Shown: piece after piece, positions 8,606 to 17,294 of the stretch
How positions within the stretch are numbered: position 1 is the first letter of the stretch
How the letters are laid out: the number at the start of each line of letters is the position of its first letter
Source: Verrucomicrobiales bacterium
Lineage (GTDB): Bacteria > Verrucomicrobiota > Verrucomicrobiia > Limisphaerales > JAYPEY01
Length of the DNA stretch: 64,000 nucleotides
Assembly: GCA_038126035.1 (NCBI GenBank)
Contig: JAYPEY010000005.1
Location: forward strand, 60,753 to 124,752
Direction: 5' to 3'
Translations under genes and position numbers: made by a program
The notes under the pieces: generated by a model
Databases searched by the model: none
What the model was told of the DNA's origin: nothing
Seen by the model: the letters and a program-made list of their open reading frames with translations, nothing else

Positions 8606-9769
8606 TCACCACAATCGCTCCGAAGCCTGCCTGGCGCCTTCGGCGAGGTTTTTGAACTTGGCCCAGACAATACTCGGGTGGATCTCCTGCTCGGTCGCGG
8701 CGAAGGAGGCGAAACCGCAATCGCTCCCGCCCATGACGTTCTCGCGGCCGACGACCTCGGCGAAGCGGACGAGGCGTTGGGCAATCAATTCCGGATGCTC
8801 GACCAGCGGCGTGGAGTGGGAGATCACGCCCGGCACGAGTGACTTGCCTTCCGGGACCTTGACGTCCTTCCAGACGGTCCATTCGTGTTCGTGACGCGGA
8901 TTGCCGGCCTCGAAGAGATAGGCGCCGGCGTTGACCTTGAGCATGATGTCCACGATGTCGGCGAGGTTCATCTCGTGCACGCGGGGGCCGATGTTGATGC
9001 CGTAGCAGGTGTGGAAGCGGACGCGGTCCTCGGGCAGCCCCTTGAGCGCGTGGTTCAAGGCCTCAACGCGAAGTTCGGCCCATTTGCGGCAGTCCGCCAC
9101 GCTGAGATCGGGGCGGGAAATGTAGTAGGTCAGCAGCCGCGGATCGTCGATCTGCAGCACGATGCCGGAATCCACGATCGCCTTGTATTCCTCGTGCATC
9201 GCGTTGGCGATCGCCTCCAGGTAGGCCTCCTCGGAATCGTAATACTCATTCGGCTGCTGCCCTTCGACGTCGGAGGGCGACACGGCGGTCATGAAGACCT
9301 CCTCGGCTCCCTGCGCTTCGGCCGCGGCCTTGACGTTGGCGATGTCGCGCTGCAGCACCTCATGGCCGCAGTATTCGACCGGCCCGGTGCAGACAAGCTT
9401 GACCGGCTTGGCGACCAGGCCCTCGCGCGCCTTGCGATGGGCGTCGTAGAATTCCGGAAAGGCGATCGTCTCGCGCGATTCCACCCACAGGTCCTCTCCC
9501 TGTTTCTCGCTTGGCGAAAAGCCCTTCAAGCGCTCGGCGATGTAGGTGAGGAAGCTGGACTTGCTCTGCTCGCCGTCGCAGACGATGTCGATGCCGGCGT
9601 CCACCTGCCCGCGAACGATGTCGGTCACGGCGTCCTTGACCGAGGATTCAAAGACGTCCCTGTCGTAGTTCTCCCCCCGCTCCTTGGTCCAGAGGAGGTC
9701 GAGGACGTTGCGGGGACGGGCGAGGCTGCCGACGTGGGTGGTGAGAATGCGGTCTGTGCTTCGTTTCAT
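8606..9769 (-). CDS. cobalamin-independent methionine synthase (MetE C-terminal domain) family protein
   Basis: The ORF is 8606..9799 (TTG start); I prefer ATG 9769 (MKRSTDRILTTHVGSLARPRNV...). Other blocks: DIVCDGEQSKSSFLTYI, LQIDDPRL, FHTCYGI, GGSDCGF. Confidence 0.85.
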   Translation of the reverse strand: MKRSTDRILTTHVGSLARPRNVLDLLWTKERGENYDRDVFESSVKDAVTDIVRGQVDAGIDIVCDGEQSKSSFLTYIAERLKGFSPSEKQGEDLWVESRETIAFPEFYDAHRKAREGLVAKPVKLVCTGPVEYCGHEVLQRDIANVKAAAEAQGAEEVFMTAVSPSDVEGQQPNEYYDSEEAYLEAIANAMHEEYKAIVDSGIVLQIDDPRLLTYYISRPDLSVADCRKWAELRVEALNHALKGLPEDRVRFHTCYGINIGPRVHEMNLADIVDIMLKVNAGAYLFEAGNPRHEHEWTVWKDVKVPEGKSLVPGVISHSTPLVEHPELIAQRLVRFAEVVGRENVMGGSDCGFASFAATEQEIHPSIVWAKFKNLAEGARQASERLW

Positions 9770-9807
9770 TTTGGAATTAGGAGCGACATTTTGGCACAAA
9801 AGCCGGG

Positions 9808-10701
9808 TCAGGCGCCAGCCTTATTGGGCTCCGGCTCTGCGGGCGGTTCGGGGCTCATCACGAGATAATCATCCACGCGTTCCTTGGCGATCAGCGCATC
9901 CCCCAGGGCGAAGCGGCTTTGGAAGCGTCGATTGCGTTGCGGTCCGAAACGATAAAACTGAGCGAGCGAATCCAGGTCCGCCTCGTGCAGGCCGCGCTGA
10001 AAGGCGGAGAGGTCCGGGATTTCAAGCAACCGCGCGACGAACCAGTCCAGCAAGGCCGCCGAACGCCCTTCGAACCAGTCCAACAACATCGAGGCGATGG
10101 CGTCGGCCTGGCCCCGGTCGAGCAGTTCAAACCCACAGGATTCCGGAGGGCGGGAACGTGTCAGCTCCAGGGGCAGTTCGTGAAAGGACCGGCCGGGGCA
10201 TTCGGCAAACCAAAAGCAACGCAGCAGGGCCTGGAACACGCCGCGAGCGCGGGTGATGCCTTTGAAGGCGCCGAACAACCGTTCGCCAGCGAAGGGCTCG
10301 GGGGACTTGGTCAATCGCAGCGCCAGAGAATCGTCCTTCACGGTCGCCCCAAAGAACGCGTAATGCTCCGGCCGAGTGTTCATGACATTCCAGCGCGGCT
10401 TGTGCTCGCGCAGCAGTTCGTTCTCACGCAGCCGCGCCTGCTCGTCGTCTTTGCAGACCTCCCAGACGATGCGCCGGATCTCCGCCACGAGGCGCAGTGT
10501 CTTGCGCGAATCGCGATCCGGATGGACGTAGCGGTAGGATCCGACGCGCTGACGGAGATTCACGGACTTGCCGACATAGATGATGCGATCCTGCTCGTCG
10601 TGCATCAGGTAGACGCCCGGCTCCTTGGGAATGGCCCGAAAGAACGCGGCATCAAAGCGTTCCTTCAGCGGTCGCGGCGGATCGAACAGGCGGAGTTGCA
10701 T
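9808..10701 (-). CDS. GIY-YIG nuclease domain protein (UvrC N-terminal-like)
   Basis: I prefer ATG 10701 (MQLRLFDPPRP...). The GIY-YIG core is PGVYLMHDEQDRIIYVGKSVNLRQRVGSY...RIVWEVCKDDEQARLRENELLREHKPRWN. The remaining ~190 aa are uncharacterised. Confidence 0.8.
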   Translation of the reverse strand: MQLRLFDPPRPLKERFDAAFFRAIPKEPGVYLMHDEQDRIIYVGKSVNLRQRVGSYRYVHPDRDSRKTLRLVAEIRRIVWEVCKDDEQARLRENELLREHKPRWNVMNTRPEHYAFFGATVKDDSLALRLTKSPEPFAGERLFGAFKGITRARGVFQALLRCFWFAECPGRSFHELPLELTRSRPPESCGFELLDRGQADAIASMLLDWFEGRSAALLDWFVARLLEIPDLSAFQRGLHEADLDSLAQFYRFGPQRNRRFQSRFALGDALIAKERVDDYLVMSPEPPAEPEPNKAGA

Positions 10702-10838
10702 GGCGGTTCGGACGGACGGGATTGAACCACGGAGACGCCCGCGGCTCAACCGCGCAGCGCCCTCGCTCCCAGAACAGGACGACACAGGCAATTTCCACGC
10801 TGCAAAAAAACGATGATCTGGTAGAAACCGAACGTCGG

Positions 10839-13316
10839 ATGTCAGCTCTCATGTCGGATACTCGTCTCAAGTTCACCAAGTGGCCCCTCCTCGCGGCCGC
10901 AGTTGCCTGCGCGTCTCCATCACCAGCATCGGAGTTCACAAGCGACGCGCGCCCGATTCTTGCGGAGTTTTGTTTCAACTGTCACGGACCAGACAAACAG
11001 AAGGGGGACCTGCGGATGGACCGGCTCGATCCGGACATGGTCAAGGGCCGCGATGCGGAGACCTGGCACGACGCGTTGAATCAGCTGAACCTCGGCGAGA
11101 TGCCGCCAACCAAGGCCGACCAACCCACGCCCGCCGAACGCAGGATCCTGGCGGACTGGATGACGGGCGAACTGCAGCGCGCCGCCGAAGCCAAACGTTT
11201 CGCCGACGGCCGTGTCACGATGCGCCGACTCACCCGCTACGAATACCGGAACACCCTGCGCGATCTGCTGGGCGTGGATCGCGACTTCTCCAAGGAGCTT
11301 CCGCCAGAGCCGCTTTCCCCCGACGGGTTCCTGAACAATGGCGCCACGCTCGAGATGTCGCCGACACAGATCGAGACCTACCTGACCGCGGCGCGTCGGG
11401 CGATGGAGATCGCCATTGTGGAGGGCGACAGGCATGAGGTTCATCGCTACGTCAGGACGAACACTGTCACCGCCAAGCTTCCGACCAAGAAGGTCGCCGG
11501 GCACATCCCGGTGAATCCCGAGTTCGCATTGGACGTGACAAGGTATCCGCGCAGCGGACCGTTCCGGATGAAGCTGACCGCGCGGGCGGCGATCCCGGCC
11601 GGCGCGGGTTTGCCGCGGATCCGCATCTCGCTGGGCCATGTGCCCGGCATCGTCCATGTGCCGCACCGGGTCGTGGGCGAGGTGGAATTGACGTCGGAGG
11701 AGCCGCAGACATTTGAGTACACCGGTTGGATGGAGGACTACCCGCAGGCGGGCGACGTGGCCTTCGGCAATACCGGCATCACGGGAATGATCCTGTTTCT
11801 GGATTACCTCGACGCCGACGGGAAGGAACTGCGTTATCCCGACCGCAAATATGTCCGTCCGCCGGCCAAACCCAGGAAGGGACAGAAAGCCAAGCCGCGC
11901 CCCGAGCCGCCGGCCTTCGGGACGCGGCTCGAAATCCAGGTAGAGTCATTGGAGTTCGAAACCCCGTTCCATGCCCAATGGCCGCCTGAGAGCCATCGAC
12001 GCCTGATCGGCGAACGGGCTGAAGGCGAATCGGAATCCGAGCATGCGCGCGCGGCATTGAAACAGTTTCTCAGTCGCGCCTTTCGCCGGTCGGTGAAGAG
12101 CCGGGAGCTGAAGCCGTTTCAAACCGTCTTCGCGAGAACACGGCAGGCGGGACATTCCTTTGAGGAAGCGATGCGCGAGGCCTGCGCGGCGGCCCTCGTC
12201 TCCCCGCATTTTCTCTATCGCGTCGAGGCGCGGAAGCCCGGCTCGAACAAACCGCAGCCCCTGACGGATCATGAACTGGCTTCGCGCCTGTCCTATTTCC
12301 TCTGGAGCACAATGCCCGACGCGCAACTGACCAGGCTGGCTTCACAGAGACGATTGCATGATCCCGGAGTTCTTGCGGCCGAGGTGAAACGGATGTTGGC
12401 GAGCCCGCGGTCGGACGAATTCTCCAGAAACTTTGCGAATCAATGGTTTGATCTCGAGGCGCTGGACCGCGTGGCGGTGAACCCGGAGTTTTATCCCGAC
12501 TTCGACAACGATTTGAAGGAGGCGATGCGACGCGAGACAATCGGTTTCTATGATCAACTGCTGCGCCATGACCTGAGTTGCCTTGATGTTTTGGACAGCG
12601 ACTGGTCCATGATCAATCGCGATCTCGCGCGTCACTACGGGCTCAAGCCATTGCCGCGTTCGAATCGATTCGCGCGGGTCCCGCTGCCGGCGGAAAGCCG
12701 TCGCGGCGGCGTCTTGGGGCAGGCCTCGTTCCTGCTGAGCCAGTCCGGCGGTGAATTCGCGCACCCGATCAAGCGGGCGGTCTGGATTCTCGATCGCCTG
12801 CTCGATTCGCCGCCTCCGCCGCCTCCGCCGGATGTGCCGGAACTCGACAGCGAGAGCCCCGACCTCGCCGGACTGACGGTAAAACAGCAACTCGCCCTTC
12901 ATCGCGAGCGCGAGGCCTGCGCCAATTGTCATCAGGGCATCGATCCATGGGGGCTGCCGCTGCAGCATTACAACGCCATCGGTCAATGGGGTGAAACGGC
13001 GCCCGTCCGAATCGGAAAGAAGAAGGCCAAACCCGCCAAACCGACGCCCGTGGATCCAACCACGACGCTGCCCGATGGATCGCCCATCGATGGCGCCGCG
13101 GCGCTGAAGCGTTATCTGAAAACCGAGCGCAGGGAGCAGTTTGCCCGCGCCGTGGTCAAACGAATGCTGGCCTACGCCCTGGGGCGTTCACTCGATTTCG
13201 GCGATCGCGAAACCGTCGAACAGCTCACCAATGATTTCATTGAAGCCGACTTCCGATTGCGTAAACTGATCCTTGCGCTCGTCAATTCAGACGCCTTTCA
13301 ATCGAGACAGCGATGA
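10839..13316 (+). CDS. DUF1592/DUF1588/DUF1585-type multidomain protein with an N-terminal Planctomycete-cytochrome-C-like domain
   Basis: The ORF is 10722..13316; I prefer ATG 10839 (signal-like WPLLAAAVACASPSPA). It has a CFNCH haem motif (ILAEFCFNCHGPDKQKGDLRMD). Later family blocks are SPHFLYRVE, HPIKRAVWILDRLL, PPPPPPPDVPELD and CANCHQGIDPWGLPLQHY. Confidence 0.9.
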   Translation: MSALMSDTRLKFTKWPLLAAAVACASPSPASEFTSDARPILAEFCFNCHGPDKQKGDLRMDRLDPDMVKGRDAETWHDALNQLNLGEMPPTKADQPTPAERRILADWMTGELQRAAEAKRFADGRVTMRRLTRYEYRNTLRDLLGVDRDFSKELPPEPLSPDGFLNNGATLEMSPTQIETYLTAARRAMEIAIVEGDRHEVHRYVRTNTVTAKLPTKKVAGHIPVNPEFALDVTRYPRSGPFRMKLTARAAIPAGAGLPRIRISLGHVPGIVHVPHRVVGEVELTSEEPQTFEYTGWMEDYPQAGDVAFGNTGITGMILFLDYLDADGKELRYPDRKYVRPPAKPRKGQKAKPRPEPPAFGTRLEIQVESLEFETPFHAQWPPESHRRLIGERAEGESESEHARAALKQFLSRAFRRSVKSRELKPFQTVFARTRQAGHSFEEAMREACAAALVSPHFLYRVEARKPGSNKPQPLTDHELASRLSYFLWSTMPDAQLTRLASQRRLHDPGVLAAEVKRMLASPRSDEFSRNFANQWFDLEALDRVAVNPEFYPDFDNDLKEAMRRETIGFYDQLLRHDLSCLDVLDSDWSMINRDLARHYGLKPLPRSNRFARVPLPAESRRGGVLGQASFLLSQSGGEFAHPIKRAVWILDRLLDSPPPPPPPDVPELDSESPDLAGLTVKQQLALHREREACANCHQGIDPWGLPLQHYNAIGQWGETAPVRIGKKKAKPAKPTPVDPTTTLPDGSPIDGAAALKRYLKTERREQFARAVVKRMLAYALGRSLDFGDRETVEQLTNDFIEADFRLRKLILALVNSDAFQSRQR

Positions 13317-14641
13317 CCTTTCGAGAGATCAACCGACGGACCGCGCTCAAGGGAGCCAGCGTCACCCTTGCCCTCCCCTGGTTGGAGGCGATGTCATTCG
13401 GCGCGCCCAGGCAGTCCCCGAAGCGCCCGGCGCGCCGGCTGTGCTCCGTCATGTTTCCCTATGGCATTGCCGTGCCGAAGGACGATCATCCCGAGCGCGA
13501 CTGGGGCTGGTTTCCCCGCGGCGAAGGCCGCGACTACAAGCTGACCCATGTGCTCAAGCCTTTGGAGCCGTTGATGGACGACGTCTCCATCTTTGGCGGG
13601 CTGTCGCATCCGGACTGCCGCGCCATGAACGGCCACGACACCGGCGACACCTTTCTCACCGGCAGCCGTCTGACCGACGGCGTCTATAAGAATACGGTCT
13701 CCCTCGACCAGATCGCGGCGCAACATCTGGGCCATCTGACGCGTCACCCTTCGCTGACGCTGTCCACGGACGGCGGCGTCGGTCCGCGCACCCGCTCGAC
13801 CACGCTTTCCTATTCGCCCAAGGGGCAGCCCATCCCCGCCCTGTCCGATCCGAAGCAGATCTTCAACCGCCTGTTCGGCAATGATGACGCCAGTCGCAGC
13901 GACCGGGCGCGTTTGGAAGGCACGGGCAGCATTCTGGATCTTGTGCTCGATCAATCGAAAGGGTTGCGTCGCCATCTCGGATCCGCCGATCGCCGCAAGC
14001 TGGATGAATTCGAAACCTCGGTCCGCGATGTGGAGCTCCGGGTCGAACGTTCGAGGGCCTGGCTTGACGTTCCGTTGCCCGAAGTGGACGCGGGCTCCAT
14101 CGCGCTGGACGCCAATCCCGAGGGCGCCAAGGACTACATCGCCGCGATCTACGACCTGATGTTCCTCGCTCTACAGACGGATCTGACGCGGATCACGACC
14201 TACCAGATCGGCAGCTACGGACCGACCGTGGCCCGGACCTTTCCCGCCGCGATCGGACTGGAGCCGAACTGGCACAGCCTCGCGCACAAGGCGGGAAAAA
14301 AGGGGCAGGCCACGATCCTCGGCAGGTTCGATCAGTTTCTCGCGCAAAACCTCGCGCGATTCGTGCAACGCCTGAAGGATTCGCCGGATGGCGACACCGG
14401 CCAGAGCCTGCTCGACAACACCCTGATCCTCTACGGCAGCGCCAACAGCCGGACCCATGTGAATCGCAACTACCCCCTTCTCCTCGCAGGCGGCGGCAAG
14501 TTGGGACTCAGGCACAACCACTATCTGCGCTTCAGCGAGACGACCCCGATGAGCAATCTCTTCGTCACCATGCTCCAGGCCATGGGAGTCGAAGCCGACC
14601 GCTTCGGCGACAGCACGGGAACGCTCAACGGTCTGACCTAG
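13313..14641 (+). CDS. DUF1552 domain protein (Tat leader)
   Basis: ATGA overlap with the upstream DUF1592 gene. Leader MTFREINRRTALKGASVTLALPWLEAM. Other blocks: GHDTGDTFLTG, WHSLAHKAG, NRNYPLLLAGGG. Confidence 0.9.
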   Translation: MTFREINRRTALKGASVTLALPWLEAMSFGAPRQSPKRPARRLCSVMFPYGIAVPKDDHPERDWGWFPRGEGRDYKLTHVLKPLEPLMDDVSIFGGLSHPDCRAMNGHDTGDTFLTGSRLTDGVYKNTVSLDQIAAQHLGHLTRHPSLTLSTDGGVGPRTRSTTLSYSPKGQPIPALSDPKQIFNRLFGNDDASRSDRARLEGTGSILDLVLDQSKGLRRHLGSADRRKLDEFETSVRDVELRVERSRAWLDVPLPEVDAGSIALDANPEGAKDYIAAIYDLMFLALQTDLTRITTYQIGSYGPTVARTFPAAIGLEPNWHSLAHKAGKKGQATILGRFDQFLAQNLARFVQRLKDSPDGDTGQSLLDNTLILYGSANSRTHVNRNYPLLLAGGGKLGLRHNHYLRFSETTPMSNLFVTMLQAMGVEADRFGDSTGTLNGLT

Positions 14642-14817
14642 GCGGGCCTTGGGCGCAATGCGATCTGCGCGAAGGCCGGATCGAACGAGGCGAGACGCTG
14701 TTCATCAAACCGGAGATGGAGGTGGGGCGATGGACAGGCATGGCTGGCCCTCGAGCGGGACAGGCAGTTTTCGATGGTCGTCAAAATCGCCGTTGGAACC
14801 ACGACAACGAACAAGAC

Positions 14818-15927
14818 ATGAACACAAGAACGCCATCCTCATTCCGCCTGACGTTGGCGGTTGCAGCCTTCACCATCATTGTTCCCGCAGGTTCTTCCGC
14901 CGCGGACAAGGGAGACTTGAAGACCCTGGATCTTGGCAGCGGGGTCAAACTGGAACTGCTCCATATTCCGCCCGGCAGATTCATGATGGGCAGCACGGCG
15001 AAGGAAAAGGAGTGGGCGACCGGCATTGAGGGGGGAGCCCAACCGGGAACCGTGCGTGAGCAGTATGAAGGCGAACCCAGACCGATGCGGGTCCGACAGG
15101 GATTCTGGATGGGTCGCACGGAAGTCACGCGCGGACAGTTTCGGCAGTTCGTGGTGGAAACCGGCCACGTCACCGACGCCGAGAAGCCGGGCGGAAGGAC
15201 CCAGGTCTTCAATCACGATTGGGATCGCTACCATCACCCGGATGGGATCAGACATCCGTGGAAATCGGCGGCGGACAAGAGTTGGCGCGACCCCGGATTC
15301 GGAATTCCGATGAAGGACAGCTTCCCGGTTGTCTGCGTCAGCTACCAGGACATGAAGGCCTTTTGCCGTTGGCTGACCGGGCGCGAACGCAAGGCGGGAC
15401 GCTTGCCCGGCAATCTGGAGATCCGCCTGCCAACCGAAGCCGAATGGGCCTACGCCTGCCGCGGAGGGAGTCAGGAAAGCCATTACTTTTGGTGGGGCAA
15501 TGATCTGATGGAAGGCAAGGGACGCCTCAACATTTCCGCCGTCGACTTCCTGCCCGGCCGCGACATGGTCTGGCCGCTCGCGAATGCGCCGTGGAGCGAT
15601 GGCTTTGCATATCTGTCACCCGTGGATCACTACGGTGAGAAGGGGCGCAACGGATTCGGCCTGGCAGACATGTGCGGCGGGGTCTGGGAATTCGCGCTCG
15701 ACCACTTCGATCCCGAGGGCGGCCACGAGGAGATTCACTTTCTCGACCGGGAGCAACGAAGCGTTTCTCGTCCCGTTTGTCGCGGCGGCAATTACTTCGA
15801 CGTCCCGGGCAATGCCCGTTGCGCGGTCCGCCTCGGCATCAAGGATGTCACGTATTCCGATTCGCGGGACGGTTTCCGCATCTGCCTGGGCGTTCCATAC
15901 AGGACGAAACCCGTGCCGCGGAAGTGA
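14818..15927 (+). CDS. formylglycine-generating-enzyme (SUMF1/FGE-sulfatase) family protein, secreted
   Basis: I prefer ATG 14818 (MNTRTPSSFRLTLAVAAFTIIVPAGSSAA). Motifs: GRFMMGS, VRQGFWMGRTEVTRGQF, PVVCVSYQDMKAFCRWL, RLPTEAEWAYACRGG, GLADMCGGVWEF, VCRGGNY. Confidence 0.9.
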   Translation: MNTRTPSSFRLTLAVAAFTIIVPAGSSAADKGDLKTLDLGSGVKLELLHIPPGRFMMGSTAKEKEWATGIEGGAQPGTVREQYEGEPRPMRVRQGFWMGRTEVTRGQFRQFVVETGHVTDAEKPGGRTQVFNHDWDRYHHPDGIRHPWKSAADKSWRDPGFGIPMKDSFPVVCVSYQDMKAFCRWLTGRERKAGRLPGNLEIRLPTEAEWAYACRGGSQESHYFWWGNDLMEGKGRLNISAVDFLPGRDMVWPLANAPWSDGFAYLSPVDHYGEKGRNGFGLADMCGGVWEFALDHFDPEGGHEEIHFLDREQRSVSRPVCRGGNYFDVPGNARCAVRLGIKDVTYSDSRDGFRICLGVPYRTKPVPRK

Positions 15928-15982
15928 GGGTCGTTTTCCGGTTGAATAATCGGCCCGTCATGCTCGTAATCGTGGGAATCGT

Positions 15983-17281
15983 ATGAAACGCGCATCCAAG
16001 TCCCCGCAGCTCGATCGTCGTCGATTTGTCCTTCGTTCCCTGGGAGCCTCCCTGGCGCTGCCATGGCTGCCGTCGTTGTCGCCGAATGCCATCGGCAAAG
16101 GCGCGGCCGTGCAGGCCGCCAAAGGAGCTGGCGATGGCGCGCGTCGCTTCGTCGCGGTGGGCAACCTGCTGGGCTTTCAGCAGAAGTGTTTCTTCCCGGC
16201 AACCCCGGGCGAGGCCTATGAATTGACGCCGCTCCTGAAACCACTGGAGGCCAACCGCAATCACATGACCGTCTATCGCGGCCTTGATCATGGAATCCGC
16301 GGCGGCCACTTTGCGGTTCATACCTTTCTGTCCGGCGTGTTGCATCATCAGGCCCGGGACATGCCGGACGGCAACGTCACCATCGACCAGTTCATCGCGG
16401 ACGAGATCGGTCGGCAGACGCGTTTCCCCTCGCTGACGGTGGGTTCCGAAGGCGGCATTCACGGCGGATGTCAGATCGCCTGGACGCGTTCGGGCGTGCG
16501 AGTGCCGCCCATCACCGGCCCGGCGGAGCTGTTTGAGAAACTTTTCATCGAGGACTCTCGGGAACAACAGGCCCGGAAAGTCCGACAAAACCGGCTGCAG
16601 GGCTCCATTCTTGACGCCGTGCTGGAGGACGCCAACGGACTTGCCGGGAGGGTGAATGTCGAGGACCGCGCCAAGCTGGACGAGTATTTCACCTCCGTGC
16701 GCGATGTGGAGAAGCGTCTGGAAATGCGGGAACGCTGGGCCGAGCAACCCAAGCCGAAGGCCCCCTTCGAGAAACCGGCCGACCGGAACACCGTCGATGA
16801 TCTTCCGCTGTTGTATGAGTTGATCGCCCTGGCCCTGCAGACCGACTCCACCCGGGTCGCGACGCTGGAGATTGGCGGCAGTTTCCTGCCGCAGCATCTG
16901 GGCATCGAACGGAGCTACCACAGCATGTCGCATCATGGGAACGACGAGGCGACGATCGCGAATCTCATCCAACTGGAGACCTACCAGATCGAACATTTCG
17001 GGAAGTTCCTGACGCGCCTCGCCGACATCCCGGACGGGGATGGCTCCCTGCTGGATTCAACCGCCGTCCTGTTTGGCAGCGGCATGGGCAACGGCCACTC
17101 CCACACCAACACCGATCTGCCGATCGTCCTCGCCGGCGGCGGCTACCAGCACGGCGAATTCAAGAAGGTCGCCCGCGAGGGAGGCCGCAAGGTTCCGCTG
17201 TGCAACCTGTATCTCGACATCGCTCAGCGCATGGGCCTGGAGGCGGACGCCTTCGGAACCAGCACGGGTGCCTTCAGCTGA
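15983..17281 (+). CDS. DUF1552 domain protein (second copy, Tat leader)
   Basis: MKRASKSPQLDRRRFVLRSLGASLALPWLPSL; YHSMSHHGN; HTNTDLPIVLAGGG. It is a divergent paralogue of 13313..14641. Confidence 0.9.
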   Translation: MKRASKSPQLDRRRFVLRSLGASLALPWLPSLSPNAIGKGAAVQAAKGAGDGARRFVAVGNLLGFQQKCFFPATPGEAYELTPLLKPLEANRNHMTVYRGLDHGIRGGHFAVHTFLSGVLHHQARDMPDGNVTIDQFIADEIGRQTRFPSLTVGSEGGIHGGCQIAWTRSGVRVPPITGPAELFEKLFIEDSREQQARKVRQNRLQGSILDAVLEDANGLAGRVNVEDRAKLDEYFTSVRDVEKRLEMRERWAEQPKPKAPFEKPADRNTVDDLPLLYELIALALQTDSTRVATLEIGGSFLPQHLGIERSYHSMSHHGNDEATIANLIQLETYQIEHFGKFLTRLADIPDGDGSLLDSTAVLFGSGMGNGHSHTNTDLPIVLAGGGYQHGEFKKVAREGGRKVPLCNLYLDIAQRMGLEADAFGTSTGAFS

Positions 17282-17294
17282 GCGGGGAACGCGG

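Noticed and set aside
9770-9807. Cobalamin or SAM riboswitch ahead of the MetE-family gene
   Set aside because: The upstream spacer to the preceding gene is only about 38 nt, too short for such a leader.
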